From a virus, in the IMG/VR virus record IMGVR_UViG_3300018063_000012, positions 37,318 to 101,317 of that record: a stretch of DNA of 64,000 nt; one strand, written 5' to 3'. The stretch's first letter is position 1. Each line of letters begins with the position of its first letter. This document shows, in pieces, positions 1 to 9,561 of the stretch. The position numbers and the translations under genes were made by a program. The notes under the pieces were generated by a model, which saw nothing but the letters and a program-made list of their open reading frames with translations, did not search any database and was not told the DNA's origin.

Positions 1-14
1 TATCCGGAGGTCCC

Positions 15-311
15 TTGAATTGTGACTTACAACATTCAGTGAGAATTTTTACCGTAATGGGTTGTGGTGCAATGCTATTGACGGAACGTATTCCAAATAT
101 GGATGATTTGTTTATTGATGGGATCCATTTAGTGCAGTTCGATGGGGTGACTGATTTAGTGGATAAGTCTGTGTATTATTTACATAATACTGATGCACGA
201 GAAAAAATAGCAAAAGTAGGACAGAAGTTAGTATTGCAGAAACATACATTGAAGAATAGACTAATTGAATTTGAAAAAGTTATTAATGAGATAGTCTGTG
301 TTAAAGCTTAA
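15..311 (+). CDS. Glycosyltransferase C-terminal fragment (CgeB/YkvP-like), probably truncated by the window edge
   Basis: RIFTVMGCGAMLLTE ... REKIAKVGQKLVLQKHT matches the typical C-terminus of this family. Confidence 0.7.
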   Translation: MNCDLQHSVRIFTVMGCGAMLLTERIPNMDDLFIDGIHLVQFDGVTDLVDKSVYYLHNTDAREKIAKVGQKLVLQKHTLKNRLIEFEKVINEIVCVKA

Positions 312-774
312 TCTTGGATGCGGCAGTGAAGAGATATTATCCGGATACATCAATGTTGATATTCGACCAGTGCATACAGCAGTGAGAATAGATGATATTA
401 TTTATCTTTCAACCTTTGAATCTAATATAGTAGATGAAGTTCGGGCGAGCCATTGTATTGAGCATATTCCAGTTGAACATATTCAGACTGCAGTTAATAA
501 TTGGGCCCGAGTATTAAAACCAAGTGGGGTGCTATTTGTGTATTGCCCAGACGGCCATTTGATCGCCCAGGACTTAATAGACAGTAGAATTAATATTAGA
601 GATTTTTCTTACTATATTTTTGGTGCCCAGACATATAATGAAAATTTGCATAGGGCCGCATTTGATTATGAGCGGTTAGTAGATGTCGTCCAAAAAGCAG
701 GATTAACTGTAATTGGTCCCGCGAAACGTCCTAAATGTTATAGATATGAACTCGGGATTCACTGCATAAAATGA
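298..774 (+). CDS. Class I SAM-dependent methyltransferase
   Basis: LNLGCG motif I, ASHCIEH, RVLKPSG. Confidence 0.85.
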   Translation: MLKLNLGCGSEEILSGYINVDIRPVHTAVRIDDIIYLSTFESNIVDEVRASHCIEHIPVEHIQTAVNNWARVLKPSGVLFVYCPDGHLIAQDLIDSRINIRDFSYYIFGAQTYNENLHRAAFDYERLVDVVQKAGLTVIGPAKRPKCYRYELGIHCIK

Positions 775-1781
775 AAGTTGGAATTGTTGGCTACGCCAAT
801 ACCAGCGGACTGGGACAGCTGATTTTTAATTTGAAAGAAATGATATCAGAAATTGCCGGGCAGTTTATTGTAAGTCATAAAGTGAAAGATAGAGAAGTGA
901 ATTACTATCCAGCCGAATATGATTATAGGTCCCCATATTCCTGTGCATTTCATTCGGATGACTTTATGACTTGGTTTAATTCATTTAAACCCGGTGTAAT
1001 AATTTTACTCGAGACCCCTTTTAATTGGGAGATTATTCCAATATTAAAAAAAGAAGGGTGTAAGATAGTATTTATGCCGATGCTTGATTCTGTACCTCTG
1101 TCGAGAATTACTCATAGTAGTTTAATCGATTGCTGGATTGTGTGTAATCAATGGTCTAAGGATTTACTTAATAATTTAGAAAATGTTTTTTTAGTGGGAG
1201 CACCAATTAATACTAAAAAGTTTTACTATAAAACTCGAGGACTTGGCAGTGGATTATTATTACATCATGCCGGATATGCGGGTACGCGCGGGCGTAAGGG
1301 AACACAGGAGATACTGACGGCATTTGAATATATGAAGAAAATGCCAGAATATAAAGACGTTCGATTAAAGTTGTATTCCCAAACACCATTGAAGATTGAT
1401 AATAAAGATATAGACTATCATATCGGAGACGAACCGAATCAAATAACAATGTTTGAAGAAGGAGATGTATTTTTAGCGCCATCAAAAAGAGAAGGGGTAG
1501 GAATGCATATTTTAGAAGCGATGGCATCTGGATTTCCAGTTTTAACGACTAATTATCCACCAATGAATGAGTATGTAAATTGTCCGAGACTGTTAGTTAA
1601 TGCAAATATTACGATTAATAATATGAGTATAGATATTGCAGAATTATCAACTAAGATGGGGTCCGCCGCACTATCATCTTTGTCTCTAATTGGAGAATAT
1701 AATCGAAAGAGGATTGAAAAGTTTTGGTCTTATGATGCTGTGAGACCTGTGTATAAAATGATACTGGAGAGCTTAGTTTAA
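771..1781 (+). CDS. GT-B glycosyltransferase (GT4-like)
   Basis: PSKREGVGMHILEAMASGFPV contains the EX7E motif. Confidence 0.85.
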   Translation: MKVGIVGYANTSGLGQLIFNLKEMISEIAGQFIVSHKVKDREVNYYPAEYDYRSPYSCAFHSDDFMTWFNSFKPGVIILLETPFNWEIIPILKKEGCKIVFMPMLDSVPLSRITHSSLIDCWIVCNQWSKDLLNNLENVFLVGAPINTKKFYYKTRGLGSGLLLHHAGYAGTRGRKGTQEILTAFEYMKKMPEYKDVRLKLYSQTPLKIDNKDIDYHIGDEPNQITMFEEGDVFLAPSKREGVGMHILEAMASGFPVLTTNYPPMNEYVNCPRLLVNANITINNMSIDIAELSTKMGSAALSSLSLIGEYNRKRIEKFWSYDAVRPVYKMILESLV

Positions 1782-1785
1782 TAAG

Positions 1786-2406
1786 ATGAAATTTGAAAAG
1801 TTGATATTACCATTTGCACCTGATGTATATTGGACTCGGGGATACTCTCACGCTATATCGAAACTTTCCGATAAGATTTCCTGTAGTGATTCGCAAGCAG
1901 AGTTACTATACAATCTGGCGTTACAATTACCTTTTCGTTCAGTGATAGTCGCACTGGGTATATGGACTGGAAAGTCGACTATTGCAATGGGAGAAGCTGC
2001 CAAAGAAAAAAGCCATCGCATATATGCAGTTGACCATTTTATGGGGAGTCCCTCTGATGAGACTAAAGACTTGTCCCAACAGAGAGATATTGCTTCCGAA
2101 TTTCAGGCCAATGTTGATAAATTTGGACTAGGACATTGGATTAGTACTATTCATTTTCCCTTTAATGAACTACTCTCTTGTTGGACAATTCCGATTGATT
2201 TAATTTTTATCGATGGAGACCACGAGTATGCCAGTGTAAATAATGATATAAATGGATGGGCGGGATGGGTTAAAGTAGGCGGGATAATAGCGGGACACGA
2301 CTACGATATTCCGGGAGTAGAGCAAGCAGTTAAAGAAAGTTTCTCAGAGTTTACGGTAGAAGATAATATCTGGATTGCTAAACGAGTGTATGACCAAAAG
2401 GTATGA
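1786..2406 (+). CDS. Class I SAM-dependent methyltransferase (Methyltransf_24-like)
   Basis: LGIWTGKS, IDLIFIDGDHEY, GGIIAGHDY. Confidence 0.85.
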   Translation: MKFEKLILPFAPDVYWTRGYSHAISKLSDKISCSDSQAELLYNLALQLPFRSVIVALGIWTGKSTIAMGEAAKEKSHRIYAVDHFMGSPSDETKDLSQQRDIASEFQANVDKFGLGHWISTIHFPFNELLSCWTIPIDLIFIDGDHEYASVNNDINGWAGWVKVGGIIAGHDYDIPGVEQAVKESFSEFTVEDNIWIAKRVYDQKV

Positions 2407-3113
2407 TGTATAATTTTTCAGTAGTGATTCCAACATATAATAGACCACACACTTTACTTCGAGCGATAGGTTCGGTATTATCCTGCGATAAACCACCAGA
2501 CTCCGAGATTGAAGTGATTGTAGTTAATGATGGCGGAAACTGGGTAGATATCGGAGGTATGACTAAAGGAAATGTAACTATTATTAATTCCCTTTCTAAT
2601 ATTGGAATATCAGCCGCACGGAATGTTGGGGTGCAAGAAGCTAAACATTCGTGGATTTGTGTATTGGACGATGATGACTGGTATCAACCAAACTATTTTA
2701 AGTTGTTAAAGAAAGCAATTATCGAACAAAGTGATAAAGAATTTTTCTATACAGCCTTCTGGGACTGGAACTGCGGAGATGAGATATACTGTTATTTTAG
2801 ACAAGCACAGTCCTTTCAGCCAGAGAAATTATCAAGAGCGATATATCGAAAGGATTTTATAGGCGCATCAACGATGAGTTTTACTAAACATGCGTGGCAG
2901 AGCGTAGGCGGATTTGATGCGGACTTACGATGCAACGAAGATTGGGACTATAAGATTAAAATGTGTAAGATGTTCGGGGCTGGAATTGTAGAGACAGCAG
3001 TAGTGAATATTACTACTCATGAAAATGGGATATATAAACAGTGTGTGAAGTCTGGTCTGGCAAAGCAGACAGAGCGCATTGTGAAAGAAAGATATAAGGA
3101 ATTGGCAGAATGA
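2403..3113 (+). CDS. GT2 family glycosyltransferase
   Basis: SVVIPTYNR, VVNDG, ARNVG, LDDDD, EDWD. Confidence 0.9.
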   Translation: MMYNFSVVIPTYNRPHTLLRAIGSVLSCDKPPDSEIEVIVVNDGGNWVDIGGMTKGNVTIINSLSNIGISAARNVGVQEAKHSWICVLDDDDWYQPNYFKLLKKAIIEQSDKEFFYTAFWDWNCGDEIYCYFRQAQSFQPEKLSRAIYRKDFIGASTMSFTKHAWQSVGGFDADLRCNEDWDYKIKMCKMFGAGIVETAVVNITTHENGIYKQCVKSGLAKQTERIVKERYKELAE

Positions 3114-3859
3114 CTACGATTATAATATGTGTATTCGGTAGGTCAGAACTAACTCGAAAGTCCCTGCAATCACTGATTGATAATACCGATGGATCCAGAT
3201 ATCGTCTGATTATAGTAGATAATGGTTCTGGTCCTCAGACACAACAAGTTTTACGAGACTTTCAAAACCGTATCAATTTATTGATCCTGTCCAGCCAGAA
3301 TCACGGGAAACCATATGCGTGGAATCTGGGATTCCAAGCGGCAGAGACTAATTGTATTTTTCATTCAATATCGCCATCCGAGATTTATGTGTTTGCAGAT
3401 AACGATGTCGACTACAAAAAAGATTGGCTAAATAAGATGGAGAGAGTATATGAAAGACTAAGACAGAGGAAAGAAAAAATTGGGATAATGTCAGGATTCG
3501 CATCACGGGGTGCCAAGATATTACGAGAAGAATTACTGCATTTTACTAAGGATGGACAGTCGTTGATTGATGATGCCAGCAATATACTGGCCCCAACGAC
3601 TGATAGGATAGAGACTATAAAAGTGCAAATGGTAAAGTATCCGGCCGGATGTAACTTTATGATTGGCCGAGACATACTACTAAATGAAGGACTGTTTAAT
3701 ACTGATAGACTAATTCGAGCCGTGGATACGGAGTATGCTAAATTCCTGACCTTGAAAGGGTATAGGCATTTTATAGTGCCAGGAATGGTTAATCATCTGG
3801 GAGAACATCAACGCACTTGGAAGATAGGTGCCCAGAATGAAGTGACTTTATATAACTGA
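3110..3859 (+). CDS. GT2 family glycosyltransferase
   Basis: IIVDNGS, AWNLG, FADNDV (DxD). Confidence 0.85.
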   Translation: MTTIIICVFGRSELTRKSLQSLIDNTDGSRYRLIIVDNGSGPQTQQVLRDFQNRINLLILSSQNHGKPYAWNLGFQAAETNCIFHSISPSEIYVFADNDVDYKKDWLNKMERVYERLRQRKEKIGIMSGFASRGAKILREELLHFTKDGQSLIDDASNILAPTTDRIETIKVQMVKYPAGCNFMIGRDILLNEGLFNTDRLIRAVDTEYAKFLTLKGYRHFIVPGMVNHLGEHQRTWKIGAQNEVTLYN

Positions 3860-3911
3860 AGATTCTCAAATAGACGATAACTTATTGTATAAGAAAGGAA
3901 TGGGGTAGAGT

Positions 3912-4091
3912 ATGGGTAAGACTTTTAAAGACCGTAAGGAGTTTAAGAAAAAAGTAAAACAAAAGGAGACTAACGAGAGGGATAAAAAACCAAGCCGATT
4001 CGATTGGCGCAGAGTAGTATCTGATGAAGACAGTATAGATTTAGACGATGTTGACGATAACCAGATAAACGAAGGAGATTCAAATGCATGA
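3912..4091 (+). CDS. Small hypothetical protein (basic N-half, acidic C-half), below the ORF-track cut-off
   Basis: Manual translation MGKTFKDRKEF...INEGDSNA* (59 aa); purine-rich sequence upstream. Confidence 0.5.
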   Translation: MGKTFKDRKEFKKKVKQKETNERDKKPSRFDWRRVVSDEDSIDLDDVDDNQINEGDSNA

Positions 4092-4300
4092 ACCGAAAGA
4101 ACCAATCCAGAAATTAATAGTAGAGGAAGTGGGCGACTCAAATATGGAAAACCGTAAATTTAAGGTGCTCTCCTGCACTAACTACTTTCCTCCTCAAGAG
4201 ATATTCACATTGCAGGAACTGAAAGACATATTTTCTAATGGTGTCCAATTGCAGATGAAGTATAGGAATTCTAAAGGGCTGATATAAGAACGGAGGCTGT

Positions 4301-5122
4301 ATGTTTAGAAAGTTAGCGAGAGTCATAGGACTATTTGCCTTGTTGTGCTTAGGGTGCGCGAATACATCCTGCGATACTTTTAAAGAACGGATAACGATGA
4401 AAAATCCGGATATTAAAAAAGTATACGTTGTTCACATCACGGGTAGAATATCAACAGAATGGATTCGTAGAGCAGACAGTGCTTTACGAATAGCTAATGG
4501 GGATCCCGTAATTTTCCATATTAACTCGCCGGGCGGCGGAGCATCAGAGAGCTTCCTGACAGAACACGGACTTTCACTGTTAAGGAAGAAGTATATGTCG
4601 CCAGTATATGTGTACTCAGATTACGGAATTTACTCCGGAGGATATCTAGCGGCACTTCCACTGGGCAAGATAGTTATCGCACCGGCCGGTGGGGTAGGAT
4701 CCATTGGTGTAATTAGTGAGGTTGATATAATCGTAAAGTCAGATTCTATGCGGGGAATTAAACGTATTCTATTTCGTTCAGGTAAGATGAAATGGGTAGA
4801 AGCTGGGTATTATGAATTGACACCCGAACAGACTAAGTACCTACAGAGTATCGTCGATAATGTGTACTCAATGTTTATAGATAGGATTATTGTGAATCGT
4901 CACGACGCTGTCTTTAGAGCAGTGGCTAACAGATTACATAAACAACCATCAATTGCACAAGTAGACTCTGTATTACGAGTTGTTTGTGATGGACGGGAAT
5001 ACGCACCAACCCAAGCACTTGCACTTGGACTAATAGACGGGGTTGCATATTTTGACGAGTTGTTAGAAGTAGTCAAGTATGAGAATATAATTCCGAGTGC
5101 AATGGTAGTCGATATTTATTAG
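4301..5122 (+). CDS. S49 family (SppA-like) peptidase with lipoprotein-type signal peptide
   Basis: INSPGG, SGGY, GSIGV motifs; N-terminal hydrophobic stretch ending LLCLGC. Confidence 0.8.
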   Translation: MFRKLARVIGLFALLCLGCANTSCDTFKERITMKNPDIKKVYVVHITGRISTEWIRRADSALRIANGDPVIFHINSPGGGASESFLTEHGLSLLRKKYMSPVYVYSDYGIYSGGYLAALPLGKIVIAPAGGVGSIGVISEVDIIVKSDSMRGIKRILFRSGKMKWVEAGYYELTPEQTKYLQSIVDNVYSMFIDRIIVNRHDAVFRAVANRLHKQPSIAQVDSVLRVVCDGREYAPTQALALGLIDGVAYFDELLEVVKYENIIPSAMVVDIY

Positions 5123-5135
5123 AAAGGGCGAGGAT

Positions 5136-5996
5136 ATGTCTATTTGGATTCTTTACCACAGAAACTGCCCGGACGGTTTTACAGCCGCTTGGGTTGCTAA
5201 AAAGGCACTTAAGACAGAGGACGATTTCGGATTTGTAAAATTTAAAGCTATGTCTTATGGTGATGATGTCCCTTCACAGATAGAAGATGGGGATAGGGTG
5301 TATATACTGGATTTTTCATTCGCCAGAGATGTGATTGATAAATTAGCTAAACGTTGTAGTGTTAAGATTTTAGACCATCATCAAACATCAGAGAAGATAC
5401 TTAAAGGACTGCCATATGCATTTTTTGATTCTAAAAAATCAGGAGCAATGATGACTTGGGATTACTTTTTCCCCGGAACTGAACCACCTCAGATTGTTAA
5501 GTATGCACAAGATAGAGATCTGTGGACTTGGGAGTTGAATGAGAGTAGAGCGATATCGGCCGCGATGCGCCTGTATGATTATGAGTTCGCTAAGTGGGAT
5601 ACTATTCACTGGAAGTTAAATAACGACTTTAGTGGAATGGTGCGAGATGGAGAAGTGGCACTTTTGCTAACACATCAAACCGTATCAATGATGATTAAGA
5701 ATTGTCTTTGGGCGAAGATTGGAGATTATATGGTGCCAGCAGTAAACTCAGCCTGCTTTATGAGTGAGGTGGGTAATCGACTTTTAGATGAATATCCGGA
5801 TGCACCCTTCTCAGCATACTTTTTTCTGACCGGTAAGGGACAGGAACACTGGGGCTTGCGAGCGGACGGGAAAGTAAACGTTGCACAGGTGGCGGAGAGA
5901 TATGGGGGCGGTGGACATAAGAACGCGGCCGCATTTATAGTTGGGTGTAATACGATTGATGTGTATTCGTCCGAAGAGATGCAAGAGTTTGCATAG
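5136..5996 (+). CDS. DHH/DHHA1 family phosphoesterase
   Basis: YHRNCPDG, LDFS, LDHH, GGGGHKNAA. Confidence 0.9.
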   Translation: MSIWILYHRNCPDGFTAAWVAKKALKTEDDFGFVKFKAMSYGDDVPSQIEDGDRVYILDFSFARDVIDKLAKRCSVKILDHHQTSEKILKGLPYAFFDSKKSGAMMTWDYFFPGTEPPQIVKYAQDRDLWTWELNESRAISAAMRLYDYEFAKWDTIHWKLNNDFSGMVRDGEVALLLTHQTVSMMIKNCLWAKIGDYMVPAVNSACFMSEVGNRLLDEYPDAPFSAYFFLTGKGQEHWGLRADGKVNVAQVAERYGGGGHKNAAAFIVGCNTIDVYSSEEMQEFA

Positions 5997-6061
5997 TAAG
6001 TAGGGATTGCAATTTGCATAAAATATTGCAATTTGCAAAGGGTTTAGTTTTCGATGGCGTG

Positions 6062-6106
6062 TAAGTCATTGCCCCGGTGATGGGCAGAACTGGCACGCCA
6101 TCTGCA
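6062..6106 (+). promoter_or_regulatory. Putative sigma54 (-24/-12) promoter with upstream IHF-like site
   Basis: TGGCACGCCATCTGCA at 6091-6106 (GG-N10-GC); TAAGTCATTG at 6062-6071; intergenic, ahead of an SD and ATG. Confidence 0.6.
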
Positions 6107-6135
6107 TTCTGTAAGGGGTGAAAGGAAGGTGTCAA

Positions 6136-6333
6136 ATGAAAGAGCTGACTATAGAAGAAATCGTCGAGATTGACGTCATACTTAAAGAAAAGAAAATGGC
6201 TGACTTTCTGGACGAGGAGTTCCGGATCCGGATTTCACCGGAAATGGCAATGAGGATTGGGATTGATACTGCCAGGGCAATCTATATGCAGGGTGTATGG
6301 GCTGGGGTCCGGGTGGCCAAAAGGATGAAATAA
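6136..6333 (+). CDS. Hypothetical protein
   Basis: ORF with AAAGGAAGG SD; start moved to ATG 6136. Confidence 0.55.
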   Translation: MKELTIEEIVEIDVILKEKKMADFLDEEFRIRISPEMAMRIGIDTARAIYMQGVWAGVRVAKRMK

Positions 6334-6364
6334 CAAATAAAGAAAAATTGGATTCAGGCAATAA

Positions 6365-6434
6365 AGTATGGGAATAATCGCATAGTTTTTGCACAGTCAT
6401 AGGTGTAACTTGTTGTGTCCCTTAGGGCAGTGAT
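6365..6434. repeat. 70-bp intergenic repeat, copy 1 (identical to 42619-42688)
   Basis: AGTATGGGAATAATCGCATAG...CCCTTAGGGCAGTGAT read at both loci. Confidence 0.95.
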
Positions 6435-6450
6435 TGGCACGGGTATTGCA
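6435..6450 (+). promoter_or_regulatory. Putative sigma54 promoter
   Basis: TGGCACGGGTATTGCA, a perfect TGGCAC-N5-TTGCW match. Confidence 0.75.
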
Positions 6451-6480
6451 GTAGTATAGGGTAGAGAAAGGAAGGTTGAT

Positions 6481-7017
6481 ATGGCAGGCATAACAGAAAA
6501 GCAATGCAGTCCAAATACCGGATGTGGGCAGACCAAGCCCATTAGCGCATTCTTCCGGTCATCCAAAAGTCCGGACGGGTGGTATTATAAATGCACGGCG
6601 TGTCATAAGGCCGGTGTCGGTAGCCGTGGTCCGCGGAAGGCAAAGGCCAAGATTCAAAAGGTGAAACTGGAAGGGCTGTCTGGATTGCAGAAACAGATTG
6701 CTACGGAATTGGTGGAAGGTACTAAAGATTACGGGATCCCACCGATGCCTACGGAGTGGACGTTAGAAACCATTCAGAGGTATGTGCGTAATCTGATGAT
6801 TCAGGAAAGGGCGCAGGGTGGTGCATTTCATCCGTTTACTAAACTGTCCATGATCGAGTGGAAAAAACGGCTGGTAGATAAGGTCGGCAAGGATGAGGCC
6901 GACAAGTTTATCAGCGAGGTGCAGGCTGGGCTGGAAGTGGCACAGGAACCAGTACCGGTAGTCGTTAGTCCAGTGGTGGGCAAGCACTCAGTAAAACGTA
7001 AAGGATTTAAACAGTAA
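6481..7017 (+). CDS. Hypothetical protein with N-terminal Cys4 zinc finger
   Basis: CSPNTGC...K...F...PDG...CTAC; strong SD. Confidence 0.6.
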   Translation: MAGITEKQCSPNTGCGQTKPISAFFRSSKSPDGWYYKCTACHKAGVGSRGPRKAKAKIQKVKLEGLSGLQKQIATELVEGTKDYGIPPMPTEWTLETIQRYVRNLMIQERAQGGAFHPFTKLSMIEWKKRLVDKVGKDEADKFISEVQAGLEVAQEPVPVVVSPVVGKHSVKRKGFKQ

Positions 7018-7441
7018 ACCAGAAAGGGTGGACTGAAATGAAACCGTGGACAAAAGAAGACTTCGATCGGGCCGGGTATAACGAAGGTACGCCAGTTGTA
7101 GTGCATCCAGAGAACGTGATTGTGGTACCCGAACCAGTTCTGGAAGGACAGGACTTGGTGCAGGGGGCAGTCGAAGTGTCGTTTGAGGATTTTGAACTGG
7201 AAGGTCGTAAGATGCAGTGGCGCGTAGAAAGGCACAGGTATTAAGATGAAAAAAGAACGGCAGTGGAAGACGTATAGGATTACGATTGAAGAGCAACTGA
7301 ATCAGGTCAGTAAGACTGGCTGGCGGGTCCGGGCAAAACGATATGTATATACTAATGGGGGGTGGGTATCAGCAATTTATGAGGCATTCACCCTAACTAA
7401 GTATATTCTCTTAGACCAACTCAAAAAGAAAGGATGACTGA

Positions 7442-8998
7442 ATGGGTATGAGAAAGGCAGGGATAGGCGACGTGAAAACGATGCAAGGTGCCGCACAGTC
7501 GCTTCTCACAGGTATCAAGCAGAAGATGGGCATCTTAACTACGTGCAAGCATAATTCAGTTAATTGGGTAATCACAACGGAAAGAGTCATCTGCGTGGAC
7601 TGTGAACGGTCGATGCAGAGGGCATATAAGATGTGCCTAAATGTTGCTAAGCTTCTTTGGGTCCTTTTATTTTTGGTGAGTGGATGCACCAAACGGATTA
7701 CTAACGTGATGTGTAATCCACAGGAAGTGTTCACGGTTGTAGCCTCACTGCCATCCGATTCATTGACGGATGCGGCACCGGGACTTCAGACCGCAATCAA
7801 TTCCTTGCCAGCGACTGGTGGTGAAGTTCGGATTGAAGATGGGGTGCATTTAATTGCCAGCAACTGGTCAGTGAATAAATCCAATGTATCACTACGTGGA
7901 ACCAGTATGTTTACTTGCGTACTGAAAGTAGCGGATAGCTCTAATCTGAATGCTGTCAATATTGCGAATCACAACCGGAACATTGAGCTCAGTGAGTTTC
8001 AAATAAATGGTAATAAAAATACACAATCAAGTATCTGGTGTGTAGGTGTGAATGCAAACGGTAACGATATTTATGGTGTCAAGACCAAATATTTGTGGAT
8101 TAGGAATACTAAAAACGCAGGTATTATCTTCGCTAATGGTGCATCAGATGGGGAAGTGTATCGGTGTAGGATTGATTCAACTGGACCGACTGGGAATACA
8201 AGCGTAAATACAGGTTTTGGTGTTCACATTATATCCGGATGTAAGAATATCTGGGTGCAGGAAAATACATTTACTGGCACATCAGCTACGGCCTGCGTGA
8301 GGGTGAATAATGGGTGCAGAGTAATTCGCATTCTGGATAATGGATTTTATAATAATGACCATTCAGGATACGCAGACCGTCGGGCAGTATTTGTGGATGG
8401 CCCCTTAACACGTTGCTGGGATGTGATTGTGTCAGGTTCCAAGATTAAAGGGATGGACGAGAATGGTCTCTTCTTGAATGATATCGATGGGCTGACTGCA
8501 GATGATAACGATATAGATAGTACCGGGTATAACGGTATAGAAGTGAATGGTTCTACAGATATAAAGTTGCGCCGCAATGATATGAACAGGTGTCGTGGGG
8601 AAGGAATGTCCTTGAACCAGAATAAGGGCGCACTGTTAGAACAGAATACGAACATCAACTGCGGCAAGCGCGGGATCCACGTGTACGCGGCAGGGAATGA
8701 TTCAACAACGGATATCGTACTGAACGATAATCATTGTTATAGTAATAGCGACAGCATACTGAACACATGGCACGGGATTGAGATTGGTGTGTCATATCCG
8801 GCCATAGCGCGTCGAATAACGGCAACTAATAATGATTGCGTAGACCAGGGGATTGTGAAGTCCCAGAAGTATGGGATGCAGATTACGAACGACGTTGATT
8901 ACTATATACTGAAGGATAATATCCTGAATCCGAATGCGACGGGTGGGTTGAATGACGGTGGTTACGGAACGCATAAAACGGTTGAGGGGAATCAGTAA
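7442..8998 (+). CDS. Right-handed parallel beta-helix (pectin-lyase-like) protein, probably a lipoprotein starting at ATG 7631
   Basis: LQTAINSLPATGGEVRI cap, Asn/Gly-rich PbH1-like repeats; KLLWVLLFLVSGC lipobox. Confidence 0.75.
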   Translation: MGMRKAGIGDVKTMQGAAQSLLTGIKQKMGILTTCKHNSVNWVITTERVICVDCERSMQRAYKMCLNVAKLLWVLLFLVSGCTKRITNVMCNPQEVFTVVASLPSDSLTDAAPGLQTAINSLPATGGEVRIEDGVHLIASNWSVNKSNVSLRGTSMFTCVLKVADSSNLNAVNIANHNRNIELSEFQINGNKNTQSSIWCVGVNANGNDIYGVKTKYLWIRNTKNAGIIFANGASDGEVYRCRIDSTGPTGNTSVNTGFGVHIISGCKNIWVQENTFTGTSATACVRVNNGCRVIRILDNGFYNNDHSGYADRRAVFVDGPLTRCWDVIVSGSKIKGMDENGLFLNDIDGLTADDNDIDSTGYNGIEVNGSTDIKLRRNDMNRCRGEGMSLNQNKGALLEQNTNINCGKRGIHVYAAGNDSTTDIVLNDNHCYSNSDSILNTWHGIEIGVSYPAIARRITATNNDCVDQGIVKSQKYGMQITNDVDYYILKDNILNPNATGGLNDGGYGTHKTVEGNQ

Positions 8999-9170
8999 TG
9001 ACTCAGGCACAGGCACTGCAGAAGTTAGAAGATATGTCGGACGAGGACTTTATGTCATTCCTAAATAATCTTCCTATGAGGGTTCAGTTGTGTGTTAAAG
9101 GTGGATTGGTGGACTGGAGAGAGGTCTTACCAGGATGGTATATCAAACAAAGAAAGGAAGGTAAAGTAAA

Positions 9171-9560
9171 ATGAAACTGATTTATGAATGCGGAGATAAG
9201 GTTAAGATTGAAAAGAATCATTCGCACTGGGCCGGTCGAGAGGGGTATATTACCCAGATTTTACAGAGAGCCGGAAATGAAACCGAATATTCTGTAAAAT
9301 TGGATGATGTTATTCTAAAGTTGACATTCTACAAATGGGACTTTGAAAATGATAGTCCGAACAGAGGGGGATATCAGGCGAAGTTTTACCACATTGATGT
9401 GTACCGGTGTATTCGGACTGAACTGAAATCCTCTAAATATCTTCTGGACTCCATCTTCTTGAATAAGAAGCTGGAAGCCACCAGTGAGCGCGCAGAAAAC
9501 TCGATTGAATTCCGGGTGAATAACAGTATCTACGGAATTGAATTCGAAGAAGTGAAGTAG
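9171..9560 (+). CDS. Hypothetical protein (SH3/KOW-like N-terminus)
   Basis: GDKVKI...GREGYIT...YSVKLD; AAAGGAAGG SD. Confidence 0.5.
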   Translation: MKLIYECGDKVKIEKNHSHWAGREGYITQILQRAGNETEYSVKLDDVILKLTFYKWDFENDSPNRGGYQAKFYHIDVYRCIRTELKSSKYLLDSIFLNKKLEATSERAENSIEFRVNNSIYGIEFEEVK

Positions 9561-9561
9561 T

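Noticed and set aside
9005-9020. Sigma54-like AGGCACAGGCACTGCA
   Set aside because: Lies inside a small ORF (8998-9174, MTQAQALQ...) with no upstream IHF-like site or palindrome noticed; probably chance
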